Shown piece after piece: positions 10,039 to 19,722 of a stretch of DNA of 64,000 nucleotides (its first letter is position 1; each line of letters starts with the position of its first letter). The position numbers and the translations under genes are program-made. The notes under the pieces are model-generated. The model saw only the letters and a program-made list of their open reading frames with translations, searched no databases and was not told where the DNA came from. The DNA lies in IMG/VR virus record IMGVR_UViG_3300017971_000185, positions 124,001 through 188,000 of that record. One strand, written 5' to 3'.

Positions 10039-13000
10039 ATGACAACAGATTTCGGACCCGGAGTTTCTCGCACCCTTGAGGCGTTGGCGCGTCAGTTTCA
10101 GATCACTGTTTTCCAGGCTGGAAAACCGCCGCTGGACTCAGAGATTAATCTGCTCCAGCAGGCTGACTCTGAGGCATTTCAGCAGTTTGTCCGCAGCCAG
10201 ATCCACTCAGGGTTTTTCCTCGATCCAACGCGTCCTCAGGATGACTTCGTAACCGATCCTCTCAACAGCAATCAGTTTCGTTTCGGTCAGCAGAAGCGCG
10301 ATGACAATGGTGCGGTAGAGGAGCTAGCTCCGATCGTCTGGGCGAACGTCAACGGGATGATCATTCCGGTGGTGGGGACGGCCAACACCGAGGCCGGGGC
10401 CACGGACAACATCGTTACCCTCAATCCGCCGCCCGACTCCGATACTCGGATCGATTTCATCTTCCTAGAGGCGTGGCGCGTCCTGGTTGCTCCCAACCCT
10501 TCGCCTGACAACAAGCCCGCGGCAGACAAGATCTGGAAGTACGGCAACGTCGAGTACGGACAGACCAACATCGATGATGATCTGATCGATCCCGCGATTG
10601 GGTTTGAGACGACGGAGCGCGTCCAGATTCAGTATCGCATTCGCGTCGTTGGAGAGGGCTCGGGAGCTGGTGTGAGCCCGGCGCTGGATGTGTACCCGGA
10701 TGGTCTGGATGACCCCAATGTCCGCGCTCAGGGGCCTTTGAGCACCCCGAGCACGCAGGCATACGCCGTCTGGACCAACATGCGTGAGGAGCTAGGAGAT
10801 CCTAGCTTGTGGCGTGCGGGGAACGGAAATCCGACCAACGACTTCGGGACGATAGACGGCTACATCTATGCGATCCCCATCTGCGCGATCTTCCGGCGCA
10901 ACAATCAGCCGTTCGTGGCGGTCAACCTATCGGGAAATCCGAACCAAAACGGAGCTTTCAATCGGAATCCATCTGCTGCGCTTCTGACGAATCCGCGGGA
11001 AGGGGCCAAGCTGCTCACGCAGATGACTTTGGTCAACGACATGGCGGCGGCGCAATTCACCCTGGATACGGACATCGAAGTAGACAATCTCATCGGTTCT
11101 GGGTTCGATGACTCCAACCACACACTTTCACAGGTGTTCATGGTCATCGACAATGAGGTCATCGGGATCTCTTCCATCGACACGACCGTATCTCCTGCTA
11201 CTGTTCGTGTTCCTGCCGGTGGTCGTGGTCGTTGGGGGACTGACCCGTTGTTCCACGGTGGCCGTGAGCTACCTGGCAATGTCGTGGGGTCGGGAACGCC
11301 GGTCTACTTCTTCAACACGAGACCTGGAAGCATCGGGAAGTACGCTGACGAGATTCACGAAGACGATTTCCTCGACATGCGACGGGGCGTCAACCTGGGC
11401 GATTGGGATTACGAGCGCCTGATCTTGCACAACGTGTCGGCTCTCATGCGCAACCGACTGCGCTCTACGTGGAAGCAGTCGGGTGTTCCTGGCGGAGATA
11501 CGGAGGGAGTCTTGGTTCAAGAGGTTGACTATCTCGACCAAGACGGCGCTACTCCCAACCCGAACGGGACGGAAGCCCTGGACGGCCCGGATGGTATCCG
11601 TGAGATCTGGAGCGATGCCGCTACCATCCAGACACGTGTCACGTCGTTGCTGGACAACGATGGCACGATGAGCAGTGGTTTCATCCAGACCTTCGACGAC
11701 TTGACTTTCTGGGGTGCCGGTGCGGACTTCAAGCCAGCGGGCTTCATGAACAACTTGAACAACACGACGCCCGGCTTCATGAACGGGACGACTATCTTCA
11801 TGTACATCGGTGGAGATAGCGGCAGTGTTGGCGCACGAAAGACGTTCCGTGACGGCACGACTCGTGCGGTTCGCTTCATCAATCCCAAGGAATTCTGGAA
11901 GGCTGCGGACGCCTCGACTTCCGAAGTGGGAATGCAGCATCCCGTGACGCTTCTGTGGACGAGCACGGATCAAGCGAACGCGGGCGTGCAGACGGCCGGT
12001 GCCGGGCTCCAGGCTCTCATTCCAGCAGGACCGGGTGAGACGCCCTCCGAGCATCCAGGGGCCATGTATCCTCTTCGCTCGTTGGATTTCGAGAAGCCCT
12101 TTATCGTTCTCGGAGGGGTCGTCAACAGCGTTCTCAATCTCACGGGCATCGATCCGACCGCCGACTTGCACGATAACAGCACCGATCCGGGCACGATTCC
12201 GGCAGGCGAGGGAGAGATCGAGCTTACGGGCTTTGACTTCGACGCGGCAGGGGACTGGTACAGCCTGACAAGCAGCGGCGACTTTGCCAACGATCCGAGC
12301 TTGGTCGTGTATCCGTTGGTCCGTGGCTCGCGAACCTTGTACGACATGCTCACTGCGGGCGGCAAGGATGAAACGGGATCGTCCTCTGAGCTTTACCTCA
12401 TCATGTATGGGGATGATCAGAGCACGCAGAACAATGGAGCCTTCCAGGTCATCGGCGCTGGAACGGTTGGCTACACGACCAAGACCACGGGCGCGGTCAA
12501 TCGTTTGCGTGTACGATTCTTGAGCGAAGGGGTCACGCTGTTCGATGTGACTTCGACCGGCACCCTGTCGGCCGAGGGGCGCTCCATGGAGCACAACGCT
12601 GAGGATGGCGAGGGCTCTGCTTCTGGTCCGGCGGCGATGACCATTACGTTGACGGACATCGAAGCGGTTGCTGGCGGCGGCGCAAATCCGTGGAATGCGG
12701 CCAACATCAACCCGTTGACCGCTCCCGGCAAGACTCTGGAGGAACCGTACAACTACAAGTGTCTCGTCAACATGACGTTGCTCTATCACCCTGGGCGTGG
12801 AGGAATGGCGCGGGTTGCTGACAAGATCGAACGGGTGACGATGCAGAGCCCTCCGGCTCAGATCCTACAGCAGACAGGGGTTGCTCTGGATTCGACATTC
12901 CCGGCTGCTACGGGAGCGCCAGGGAATCCACCCGAGGCAAACTTCACGAAGGTTCACATCCAAACGTGGAATCGCCTTCCGAGCCTCGGGCTCGATGCCC

Positions 13001-15657
13001 CGACAGCACCAGCTTACGGTGGCAACGTCGTTCTGAATTCCGAGATTACGCGTGACACGGAGGCTTTCTTCGATCGTGGCTCCAAATCGTTGCTGTTCCG
13101 TCCGTTCCAAGATCTGAGCATGACCATGCAGGGTGTCACGACGGATGTTCCGCAGACACTCTTTGGTCCCAGCGGCTACCCGAACCCGGCTCTCATCCCG
13201 AACGGATGGGATGGTCCAAAGGACGATGCTCAGATCTTCACTGCGGGTCTCAAGATGGGCTACGCGGTGCCGCATCAGTGGATGCCACGATTCGGTCGGC
13301 AAGACATTCCCTACTACCAGGACAAAGGCCCGGCATACGGGATTGGAAGGTTCTTGGATGGAATCAGCCATCTGTTCACGGATGGAACGGATGTCACCAA
13401 TCCGGTCTTCTACGTCATCGGTGGAGCGGACAACCAGTCTGGCGGTAACTTGGTCACACGAATGTTGCTCCAGACGGGCACGACTTCAGGTTTCAAGTAC
13501 GGTCAGTATGGAACGATCACGGGACCGACGACTCCAGCGTACCAGGGTCGTTTGACCAGCACGATTGGTACGGGAACGCCCGAAGCGGCTGAGGTCACGA
13601 GCTATCTCGCGAGTGTCACGTCGAGCGACTTCGGCAAGGGATTGACCGGCATCCAATTCCCGCCCTACCTTGGGATGGCTCGCCTCTACGGTGTCTACGA
13701 TCGACGTGACTTCGTGGCAAAGGGTGGCGTCACTTACGACACGGATCGGGTGACTCCTCTAGCGAGCAACGCGGTCAACCTGTTGCGTCGTGACGCACGC
13801 AAGCAGACTCTCTTCTTGTGTGAGGATGGTGCCTACGATCTCACGGGTGTCCGGGGCGATCACACGTACATCATTCCGTTCGATGCCATTGACATCAACA
13901 AGTCTCCGTCGTACATCGCTGGCGAAACGCCCGAGGATCTGGAGTACGTGGTCGAGTTTACGTGCTTCGGTTTCGCCCGCGGTTGGGTCACTGAGAACAA
14001 CTTTGTCATGGCTCGACGCCACAACGGCGAAGGAACGCTCGTCTCCGACACGGACAATCCCGAGCTAGAGAATCTCCGCATGACCATTCCTCATGCGGCT
14101 CCTGAGTCGAGCGTGTACGTCGCCTATGAGCGGACTGTCTACCAGGGTGACCCATACATGACTCGTGCGGGTGCGACTCGGACGACTTCGGACTACGAAC
14201 ACACCTACGGGCAGATCGCTCAGTCGGATGCCTATGGGCTCAATACGAGCATCCAGCAATTTGATGCCGCTGGAGTGCAGATTCCCGAGCGGCCCAATGC
14301 ACGTTCGTTCCAGGTACTCGCGTCCCTGGACTTCTACACGACGCTGGGAAGCGGGAACATCGGTGGAGCGCTCTATCCGGGCACCGAGACGGACGTGTGC
14401 TACACGGAGGACACCCCGATCGCTTCGACGCGGACTCCTCCGTTGGTAGATACGCCTGCGTTCCGTGTGCTTCCCAGGGCGTTCTCGGAGGGACAGAAAG
14501 AGAACGTCAGCCGGGCAAGACTCGATCTGCGCATCGATGGCAACAACGCTACGTTCAACTTCGGCACATCACACGTCGAGATCAGAAAGCTCGACGGGTC
14601 ACTGATTCTTTTCACGGCATTCAACGGTGTCACGGTTCAGCCTGATGAGTTTGATGCGTCTTCGCCGGATGAGGTGGTCATTGCAAAGGAGTTGACGGCC
14701 AAGATCAACGCACGGACGGAGCTACTCGATACGCTGGTAGCTCAGAACGATCGCGATTCACAGGTCATTCATCTGATTGCACGCCCGGTGGGTGAAGAGG
14801 GCAACGGCATCCGGGTGTCCATCAACGACACCACGAATTTCACGTTGCTCGTGCCCACGACGGGTGAAGAGACCGTCGATGCCGTGATCACTTCCGACTT
14901 CATGTCGGGCGGCATGGATTTGAGGATGAACGCGGGCAACGGCGGCACTAAGCTGGACTTGTCGGGCATGATCGAACGATTCCCTCTGGGGATTCTGGCG
15001 AGAGACCAGGACTTCATCGGAGAGAATCCTCTGGGAGACACGGCGAGTGCTGTCCAGACGACTCTGGGCGGCATCCGGCCCAATCAGCAGTTGCTACCCC
15101 TGACGGAGAGCGGTGGAGAGGAATTCACACCGTTCACGGGTGGACCGGGAGAGCTAGCCGGACAAGGCGACGGTGGAATCCTTCAATACGAAGCGTACAC
15201 GGACACGACTCCGGGCGGATCGAGGAAGTATCGTATCTTCCGTGGCGGTGGTTCGGTGTTCGTGCTCAGTGGCAAGAACCCCGGTGGTCCGATCGATTGG
15301 GTGAGCGGGGATCTGGCGGGAGCGTTGCAGCCTGTTCTCAAGGGAGGGTTGCTCGCCTGCAAGGCACTCCTTGTTCGGAATTTCGAGGAGGTTGCTTTTG
15401 CTACGGAGGACCAGACGACAACGGGCGATGAGATCCAGATGGTGGTTCTGACGCACGGCATCTTGGGTGACGGCAACGTGACGCAAGAAGGTGTCGAGAT
15501 AGACGGCATCATTTCGCCCACGGGATATGGAGAGGGGCTCACGGCGTCCGATCGCTACAGGCTCAGCGGAAAGCCGATGTATACGGGTAGGGTGCGTGTG
15601 ACTCCAGACCCGGCAACGATTCCTCTGGCTGTGTATCCTGGAAGAGATAGCGAGTAG
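10039..15657 (+). CDS. Very large virion structural protein (1872 aa), paralog of 2..2569
   Basis: Shared motifs TTERVQIQYRIRV, GTIDGYIYAIPICAIFRRN, YADEIHEDDFLDMRR; identical 17-nt stretch at 50-66 and 10630-10646. Confidence 0.7.
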   Translation: MTTDFGPGVSRTLEALARQFQITVFQAGKPPLDSEINLLQQADSEAFQQFVRSQIHSGFFLDPTRPQDDFVTDPLNSNQFRFGQQKRDDNGAVEELAPIVWANVNGMIIPVVGTANTEAGATDNIVTLNPPPDSDTRIDFIFLEAWRVLVAPNPSPDNKPAADKIWKYGNVEYGQTNIDDDLIDPAIGFETTERVQIQYRIRVVGEGSGAGVSPALDVYPDGLDDPNVRAQGPLSTPSTQAYAVWTNMREELGDPSLWRAGNGNPTNDFGTIDGYIYAIPICAIFRRNNQPFVAVNLSGNPNQNGAFNRNPSAALLTNPREGAKLLTQMTLVNDMAAAQFTLDTDIEVDNLIGSGFDDSNHTLSQVFMVIDNEVIGISSIDTTVSPATVRVPAGGRGRWGTDPLFHGGRELPGNVVGSGTPVYFFNTRPGSIGKYADEIHEDDFLDMRRGVNLGDWDYERLILHNVSALMRNRLRSTWKQSGVPGGDTEGVLVQEVDYLDQDGATPNPNGTEALDGPDGIREIWSDAATIQTRVTSLLDNDGTMSSGFIQTFDDLTFWGAGADFKPAGFMNNLNNTTPGFMNGTTIFMYIGGDSGSVGARKTFRDGTTRAVRFINPKEFWKAADASTSEVGMQHPVTLLWTSTDQANAGVQTAGAGLQALIPAGPGETPSEHPGAMYPLRSLDFEKPFIVLGGVVNSVLNLTGIDPTADLHDNSTDPGTIPAGEGEIELTGFDFDAAGDWYSLTSSGDFANDPSLVVYPLVRGSRTLYDMLTAGGKDETGSSSELYLIMYGDDQSTQNNGAFQVIGAGTVGYTTKTTGAVNRLRVRFLSEGVTLFDVTSTGTLSAEGRSMEHNAEDGEGSASGPAAMTITLTDIEAVAGGGANPWNAANINPLTAPGKTLEEPYNYKCLVNMTLLYHPGRGGMARVADKIERVTMQSPPAQILQQTGVALDSTFPAATGAPGNPPEANFTKVHIQTWNRLPSLGLDAPTAPAYGGNVVLNSEITRDTEAFFDRGSKSLLFRPFQDLSMTMQGVTTDVPQTLFGPSGYPNPALIPNGWDGPKDDAQIFTAGLKMGYAVPHQWMPRFGRQDIPYYQDKGPAYGIGRFLDGISHLFTDGTDVTNPVFYVIGGADNQSGGNLVTRMLLQTGTTSGFKYGQYGTITGPTTPAYQGRLTSTIGTGTPEAAEVTSYLASVTSSDFGKGLTGIQFPPYLGMARLYGVYDRRDFVAKGGVTYDTDRVTPLASNAVNLLRRDARKQTLFLCEDGAYDLTGVRGDHTYIIPFDAIDINKSPSYIAGETPEDLEYVVEFTCFGFARGWVTENNFVMARRHNGEGTLVSDTDNPELENLRMTIPHAAPESSVYVAYERTVYQGDPYMTRAGATRTTSDYEHTYGQIAQSDAYGLNTSIQQFDAAGVQIPERPNARSFQVLASLDFYTTLGSGNIGGALYPGTETDVCYTEDTPIASTRTPPLVDTPAFRVLPRAFSEGQKENVSRARLDLRIDGNNATFNFGTSHVEIRKLDGSLILFTAFNGVTVQPDEFDASSPDEVVIAKELTAKINARTELLDTLVAQNDRDSQVIHLIARPVGEEGNGIRVSINDTTNFTLLVPTTGEETVDAVITSDFMSGGMDLRMNAGNGGTKLDLSGMIERFPLGILARDQDFIGENPLGDTASAVQTTLGGIRPNQQLLPLTESGGEEFTPFTGGPGELAGQGDGGILQYEAYTDTTPGGSRKYRIFRGGGSVFVLSGKNPGGPIDWVSGDLAGALQPVLKGGLLACKALLVRNFEEVAFATEDQTTTGDEIQMVVLTHGILGDGNVTQEGVEIDGIISPTGYGEGLTASDRYRLSGKPMYTGRVRVTPDPATIPLAVYPGRDSE

Positions 15658-15659
15658 CG

Positions 15660-16079
15660 GTGAAGCATATTGCTCAACAGAGCATCGATTCCAAGATCCG
15701 TCGTCCTTGTCTCCAGCGATGGCGACAAGAGCTTAGGACCGCGCTCCAGAATCCTGCACTTCCTCCAGAGCAACGGAAGTTGCTAGAGGAACGACTCGCA
15801 CGTGCGGGGCAGCCCAGGATCTATCGTGCGGACGATCCGGCTCCGCCAGGAGCCATTGACTCTGGGCCGATGCCCACCAAACCGAGGACTCCGAAGCCAG
15901 TCGAGCTAGTGGAGTTTTCCTACGAATCTCTAGCACAGAAGCCCAAGGTCATGTTGCTCGCGTATGCGGCAGCGAATGACATCGAGCTTGAGCCAGCTTG
16001 CACGAAGGCTCAAGTCATTCAGGCCATTTTGGCCTGCTGCTACAACGATTACAACCAAACCAAGGAGATGGATGCATGA
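15660..16079 (+). CDS. Hypothetical protein with C-terminal Rho-N/HeH-like helical motif
   Basis: GTG start just after the upstream stop; C-terminal KVMLLAYAAANDIELEPACTKAQVIQAILA. Confidence 0.5.
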   Translation: MKHIAQQSIDSKIRRPCLQRWRQELRTALQNPALPPEQRKLLEERLARAGQPRIYRADDPAPPGAIDSGPMPTKPRTPKPVELVEFSYESLAQKPKVMLLAYAAANDIELEPACTKAQVIQAILACCYNDYNQTKEMDA

Positions 16080-16651
16080 GTCGCCTGATGTTGAGTGCGC
16101 TGTTGGCTTTCTTCCTGATGCCTGTGGCGACTTTGGCCGCAGGTCCCGAGGCTGAGGCCAAAGCTGCGGTCGAGACCAAAGAGGATGCCAAGGCCGATGC
16201 CAAGGCGGACGTGAAGGAGGACGCCAAGGCTGAGGAAGGCGAGGCAGAGAAGCCCGAAGCAGAGGAACCAAAAGAGGATGCCGAGGGTGACGTTGCGCCG
16301 ACTGAGGAGCCCGAGCCAACGGCGGAGGAGATGGTCGAGATGGGTAAGGGCATCGTCGCAGCCGCTCGGTCACACGAGTGGGCTTTGATGCTCGCGGGCA
16401 TCATCATGTTGATCCTGAGTTTGGCTCGCCGGTTCAAGCTGCTCGCGAAGCTGCCGACCAAGGCAGTGCCGTGGGTCTCTGCGGCGCTGGGTGTGCTCGC
16501 TGTTCTAGGGGATGACCTGGCAACGGGCGGGGCGATCACGGTCTCACGGCTCGTACAAGGGCTGCTCGCCGGGCTTGCGGCCTCTGGGGCATGGGGATTG
16601 ATCGGCAGGCATCTGCCGATGATTGGAGCCCAGAAAGCCGAAGAAAGCTAA
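16076..16651 (+). CDS. Membrane protein (signal peptide, acidic linker, about 3 TM helices); possible holin-like protein
   Basis: ATGA overlap with the previous stop; MSRLMLSALLAFFLMPVATLA signal-like N-terminus; E/A/K-rich linker; hydrophobic C-terminal helices. Confidence 0.6.
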   Translation: MSRLMLSALLAFFLMPVATLAAGPEAEAKAAVETKEDAKADAKADVKEDAKAEEGEAEKPEAEEPKEDAEGDVAPTEEPEPTAEEMVEMGKGIVAAARSHEWALMLAGIIMLILSLARRFKLLAKLPTKAVPWVSAALGVLAVLGDDLATGGAITVSRLVQGLLAGLAASGAWGLIGRHLPMIGAQKAEES

Positions 16652-16669
16652 GGATCCTTGTACGTTGGA

Positions 16670-16704
16670 GGCCGGGTTCCTTCGGGAGCCCGGCCTTTGT
16701 TTTG
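16670..16704 (+). terminator. Rho-independent terminator closing the structural module
   Basis: GGCCGGGTTCC-TTCG-GGAGCCCGGCC 11-bp stem (one G-U) with a UUCG tetraloop, followed by TTTGTTTT. Confidence 0.9.
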
Positions 16705-16730
16705 GTTGCGTGCGGTTTTCGCGCCGAAAT

Positions 16731-16759
16731 GTAAACTTCTGAGGGAATGTCGCGTAGAG
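16731..16759 (+). promoter_or_regulatory. ECF-sigma-like phage promoter
   Basis: GTAAAC-N15-GCGTAGAG, intergenic; same spacing as five other copies. Confidence 0.8.
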
Positions 16760-16767
16760 GGGTCAAG

Positions 16768-16926
16768 ATGATCACCTACGCAGCCCTCATGCTCATCCCC
16801 GCTGTTTCCTCACTTTTGGTGTTTGTGGTGGCGCGTGAGGTCATTCCTCTCTTTGTCGAGCCCCACGAGCCCGCGCCCAAGCGGCGGAAGCGTCGCAGGA
16901 TTCGGCTTTCAGCGAAGGCGGCATGA
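16768..16926 (+). CDS. Small membrane protein (52 aa; not in ORF track)
   Basis: MITYAALMLIPAVSSLLVFVVAREVIPLFVEPHEPAPKRRKRRRIRLSAKAA*; TM helix plus basic tail; stop overlaps the next ATG; directly after the promoter motif. Confidence 0.6.
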   Translation: MITYAALMLIPAVSSLLVFVVAREVIPLFVEPHEPAPKRRKRRRIRLSAKAA

Positions 16927-17174
16927 CGATGGCTTGCGAGAATCTGGCCGAGCGTCGTGAAGCCGCGAAGGCCAAGGCCCGTCGAGCCCGAGCGATGAGG
17001 AGTCTCAACCCGCGAATCATTCCTTCTGGGTCGCGAGTGTGTCAGATCGGGCACTGTCGCCTCGATGCGGTTGTTGAGATCGACTCCACCGTGGGGCGAG
17101 GCCGCTTGCACGTGTGCCAGCATCACGCATACAAGTCGGCCCGGTGGGTCGAGATAGGCGAGGGGACACCATGA
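16923..17174 (+). CDS. Hypothetical protein, possible Cys/His Zn-binding
   Basis: CQIGHC...VCQHH; ATGA overlaps on both sides. Confidence 0.55.
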   Translation: MTMACENLAERREAAKAKARRARAMRSLNPRIIPSGSRVCQIGHCRLDAVVEIDSTVGRGRLHVCQHHAYKSARWVEIGEGTP

Positions 17175-17527
17175 AGCCTCTGGTCAGATTCAAGCGCGGC
17201 GAGCGTGAGAAACGAACCAAGTCTGGCGAGCCTTGCGGAGATCTGGTGCGTCGGTCCCACTGTGGGCTGTGGAAGATCGTTCGGAGGGAGTACGTCCTTC
17301 CAGTTGCTTGTACGTCCTACGAGCTTTACTTGCTCGACGCCGATGGCAGCGTCCTCTGGAGCGAGAAGAACGCGGATTCCTTAAAGGAGGCTCGCGAGGA
17401 AGCCGAGGACATCACCCGCAATCCTTGCGAGCACTTTGGTGAGGGCAGCATCGAGGCTACGCGCATCGCGACGGTGTTAGGAGAGAAGCTGGATGAGGCT
17501 CTCGATGGTTGGGAGGGGTCACGATGA
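17171..17527 (+). CDS. Hypothetical protein
   Basis: ATG 17171 after GGGGA; overlaps neighbours on both sides. Confidence 0.55.
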   Translation: MKPLVRFKRGEREKRTKSGEPCGDLVRRSHCGLWKIVRREYVLPVACTSYELYLLDADGSVLWSEKNADSLKEAREEAEDITRNPCEHFGEGSIEATRIATVLGEKLDEALDGWEGSR

Positions 17528-17961
17528 GAATCGATCCAGATCCAGACCCTCATTTTGAGTACCAGATTCAGGCGCTCGTCAGATTCACGGCCGGGGAGTT
17601 GCGACTACTTCGGCATTTCGCTGAGCAGCACTACGATCTCAAGTGCCGGTCGTTCTTTCAGCCTGGCAGTTGGGGCAACGCTTGGCGTACCTACTTCGTG
17701 AAGGATGGCGATTTTCTGGATCCCTTCGATGAGTCGTGTCCGGCAGATCTTGAGAGCGAGAGCGTGACGGCAACAGCTTCCGTGCATCATCTCGATACGT
17801 GCCTGAAGATTCTGGAAGGGATCGCGTTTGAGCGCGACAGGACTTTCATCGAGGCTGCGCTCAAACTCCGTCAAGACATTCTGAAGATCGTTGATGCGAT
17901 CTATGCCGAACACAAGCGCATCCGTGGGGAGGCTGTGGCCGTTTGCCTGGGCGCTGAGTGA
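17524..17961 (+). CDS. Hypothetical protein
   Basis: ATG 17524 overlapping the previous stop, preceded by GGAGGG. Confidence 0.6.
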   Translation: MRIDPDPDPHFEYQIQALVRFTAGELRLLRHFAEQHYDLKCRSFFQPGSWGNAWRTYFVKDGDFLDPFDESCPADLESESVTATASVHHLDTCLKILEGIAFERDRTFIEAALKLRQDILKIVDAIYAEHKRIRGEAVAVCLGAE

Positions 17962-17977
17962 AAATTTGCCCAGCGAA

Positions 17978-18006
17978 GTTAACTTTTCCGCCGATTTGGC
18001 GTAGAG
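17978..18006 (+). promoter_or_regulatory. ECF-sigma-like phage promoter (drives the PARP gene)
   Basis: GTTAAC-N15-GCGTAGAG in the intergenic gap. Confidence 0.75.
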
Positions 18007-18024
18007 CACCACACGAGAGGAACC

Positions 18025-19722
18025 ATGCCACGAAAGCTCGGACGTAAGGAATTTCCCTCTGCCCACAGCGCCGACGACTTCACCTACCAGGGTCGTCCCG
18101 CGAAGGACCAGGACGACTTCGGCAGCGACGTTGGGCTCGCTGACATGAAGTGCGTCAACCAGTTTGGCAGCAACAACAACAAGTACTACCACGCTGGAGT
18201 GGTGAAGGCGTCGGACGGTTCGTGGTGGGTCTACTTGGAGTGGGGTCGCGTCAAGTCAGGCAAGTCATGGAACGGAGGGTTCACGGGACAGGACTTCCAG
18301 TTTTGGGCGTGTACGTCGGAGAGCGAAGCTCGCGAGGCTTTCGAGAAGCAGTGCCGCAGCAAGAACATCAAGCGGCTGGAGCAGAAGGACGGCATCTGGG
18401 TTGGTCGGAAGGGCAAGGATGGTTACGTCGTCCAGAAACTCGCCACTCGTGAGAACGGGCTGCCCGATGCCTACACGATCAAGGATGCAAGCGGCGTTTC
18501 TGGCGAGAAGAAAGCCGCCAAGAAGAAGGCCACCAAGAAGACCGCGAAAGCGAGACCAACGCAGAGCTACCATCCGCAGGAAGTCAAGCTCGTACAGGAT
18601 CTCGTTGGCGGTACTCAGACATACGTGCAGCGAGCCGTCACCGAATCCGGTGGCGTGACTCCGACGCTCGATGCCATCGAGGAGGTTCGGGATACGCTCA
18701 TTCCGAAGGCGATGAAGCACATCGCTCGCGTGTCCAAGAACACGCCGCAGGGCGCGATGGCTCAGGCAGCCTACGATCACAGGCTGGCCGTTGCTTGCAC
18801 GAAGGACAAGAAGCTACAGGAGCTTTCCAACTACGTGGCGTCTTTGGTACCGCGACCAGACCCAGGGCGGTCGGCGGACGCAGAAACGCGAGCACTGGCT
18901 ACGGTGTTGTCGTCGGGCAACATTCTCACTCTACAGCAGGATCTCGATACGTTCGTGTCTGCGCTGGAGAATGAGGATTTCGACGTGGCCGATCAGAGGC
19001 AAGTCGTGGGCGTCGATGTGGACGCTCGCCTGAATGCGCAGGTTCGTTGGCTCGATCCCAAGGGCAAGATGGGCAAGTGGGTCGAGGCTACCTTCTGTGC
19101 GATGAGCAACAATCGCCACAGCCATCTGCGTGGGCGGCTGGTGATCAAGAACATCTTTTCGGTGGTACGGCCAGACCGCGATGCCAAGTTTGTGGCCGCG
19201 GTCAAGAAGGTGGCGAAGGCACGGAAGGGCAACTTCAGTCACTTCGCGCGCATGCAGCCGAGGCGGCGGCAAGACCTGTCGGATCTCTCAGATTTGGCGG
19301 CGCAAGCCAATGTGTTTTTGGGCATCCATGGAACGCGCGCAGTCAACGTGGCTCCCATCGTCCAGACTGACTTGCGGTTGCCTCGATCACTGCCGGGTGC
19401 TCTGCTCACGGGAGCGGCTTTCGGCCACGGGATCTACGAAGCGACGGACTGGCGCAAGAGCCATGGCTACACGGGCCACTCTTCCTCCTATTGGGCGAGC
19501 GGCGGCACGATTCGAGGCCGGGGATGGTTCATGTTCCTTCAGGACGTGATCATGGGGCAGGCGTACATGTGTCGCTCGACGGGTTCGTGGTCCACGCCGC
19601 CGAACAAGTGCGACTCGGTTGCGGCCTATCCCGAGTTTTCCAGTGTCGTCAACGATGAGCACATCGTGTTCGATCCCCACTATCAGAGGATCAGGTACAT
19701 CATCGAGGGCGACATCAAGTGA
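18025..19722 (+). CDS. PARP1/2/3-like ADP-ribosyltransferase: WGR domain, helical regulatory-like domain, ART catalytic domain
   Basis: WGR: NNNKYY...VYLEWGRV. Catalytic: LGIHGT (His 19327), TGAAFGHGIY (Tyr 19435), NDEHIVFD..Q.RIRYII (Glu 19657). These match the PARP1 HGS / TGYMFGKGIY / NEYIVYD...LKYLL pattern. Confidence 0.9.
   Translation: MPRKLGRKEFPSAHSADDFTYQGRPAKDQDDFGSDVGLADMKCVNQFGSNNNKYYHAGVVKASDGSWWVYLEWGRVKSGKSWNGGFTGQDFQFWACTSESEAREAFEKQCRSKNIKRLEQKDGIWVGRKGKDGYVVQKLATRENGLPDAYTIKDASGVSGEKKAAKKKATKKTAKARPTQSYHPQEVKLVQDLVGGTQTYVQRAVTESGGVTPTLDAIEEVRDTLIPKAMKHIARVSKNTPQGAMAQAAYDHRLAVACTKDKKLQELSNYVASLVPRPDPGRSADAETRALATVLSSGNILTLQQDLDTFVSALENEDFDVADQRQVVGVDVDARLNAQVRWLDPKGKMGKWVEATFCAMSNNRHSHLRGRLVIKNIFSVVRPDRDAKFVAAVKKVAKARKGNFSHFARMQPRRRQDLSDLSDLAAQANVFLGIHGTRAVNVAPIVQTDLRLPRSLPGALLTGAAFGHGIYEATDWRKSHGYTGHSSSYWASGGTIRGRGWFMFLQDVIMGQAYMCRSTGSWSTPPNKCDSVAAYPEFSSVVNDEHIVFDPHYQRIRYIIEGDIK

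Noticed and set aside
596-12789. Long minus-strand ORFs (596..1903, 11269..12789 and similar)
   Set aside because: Antisense shadows of GC-rich structural genes; Arg-rich, with no RBS or motifs.
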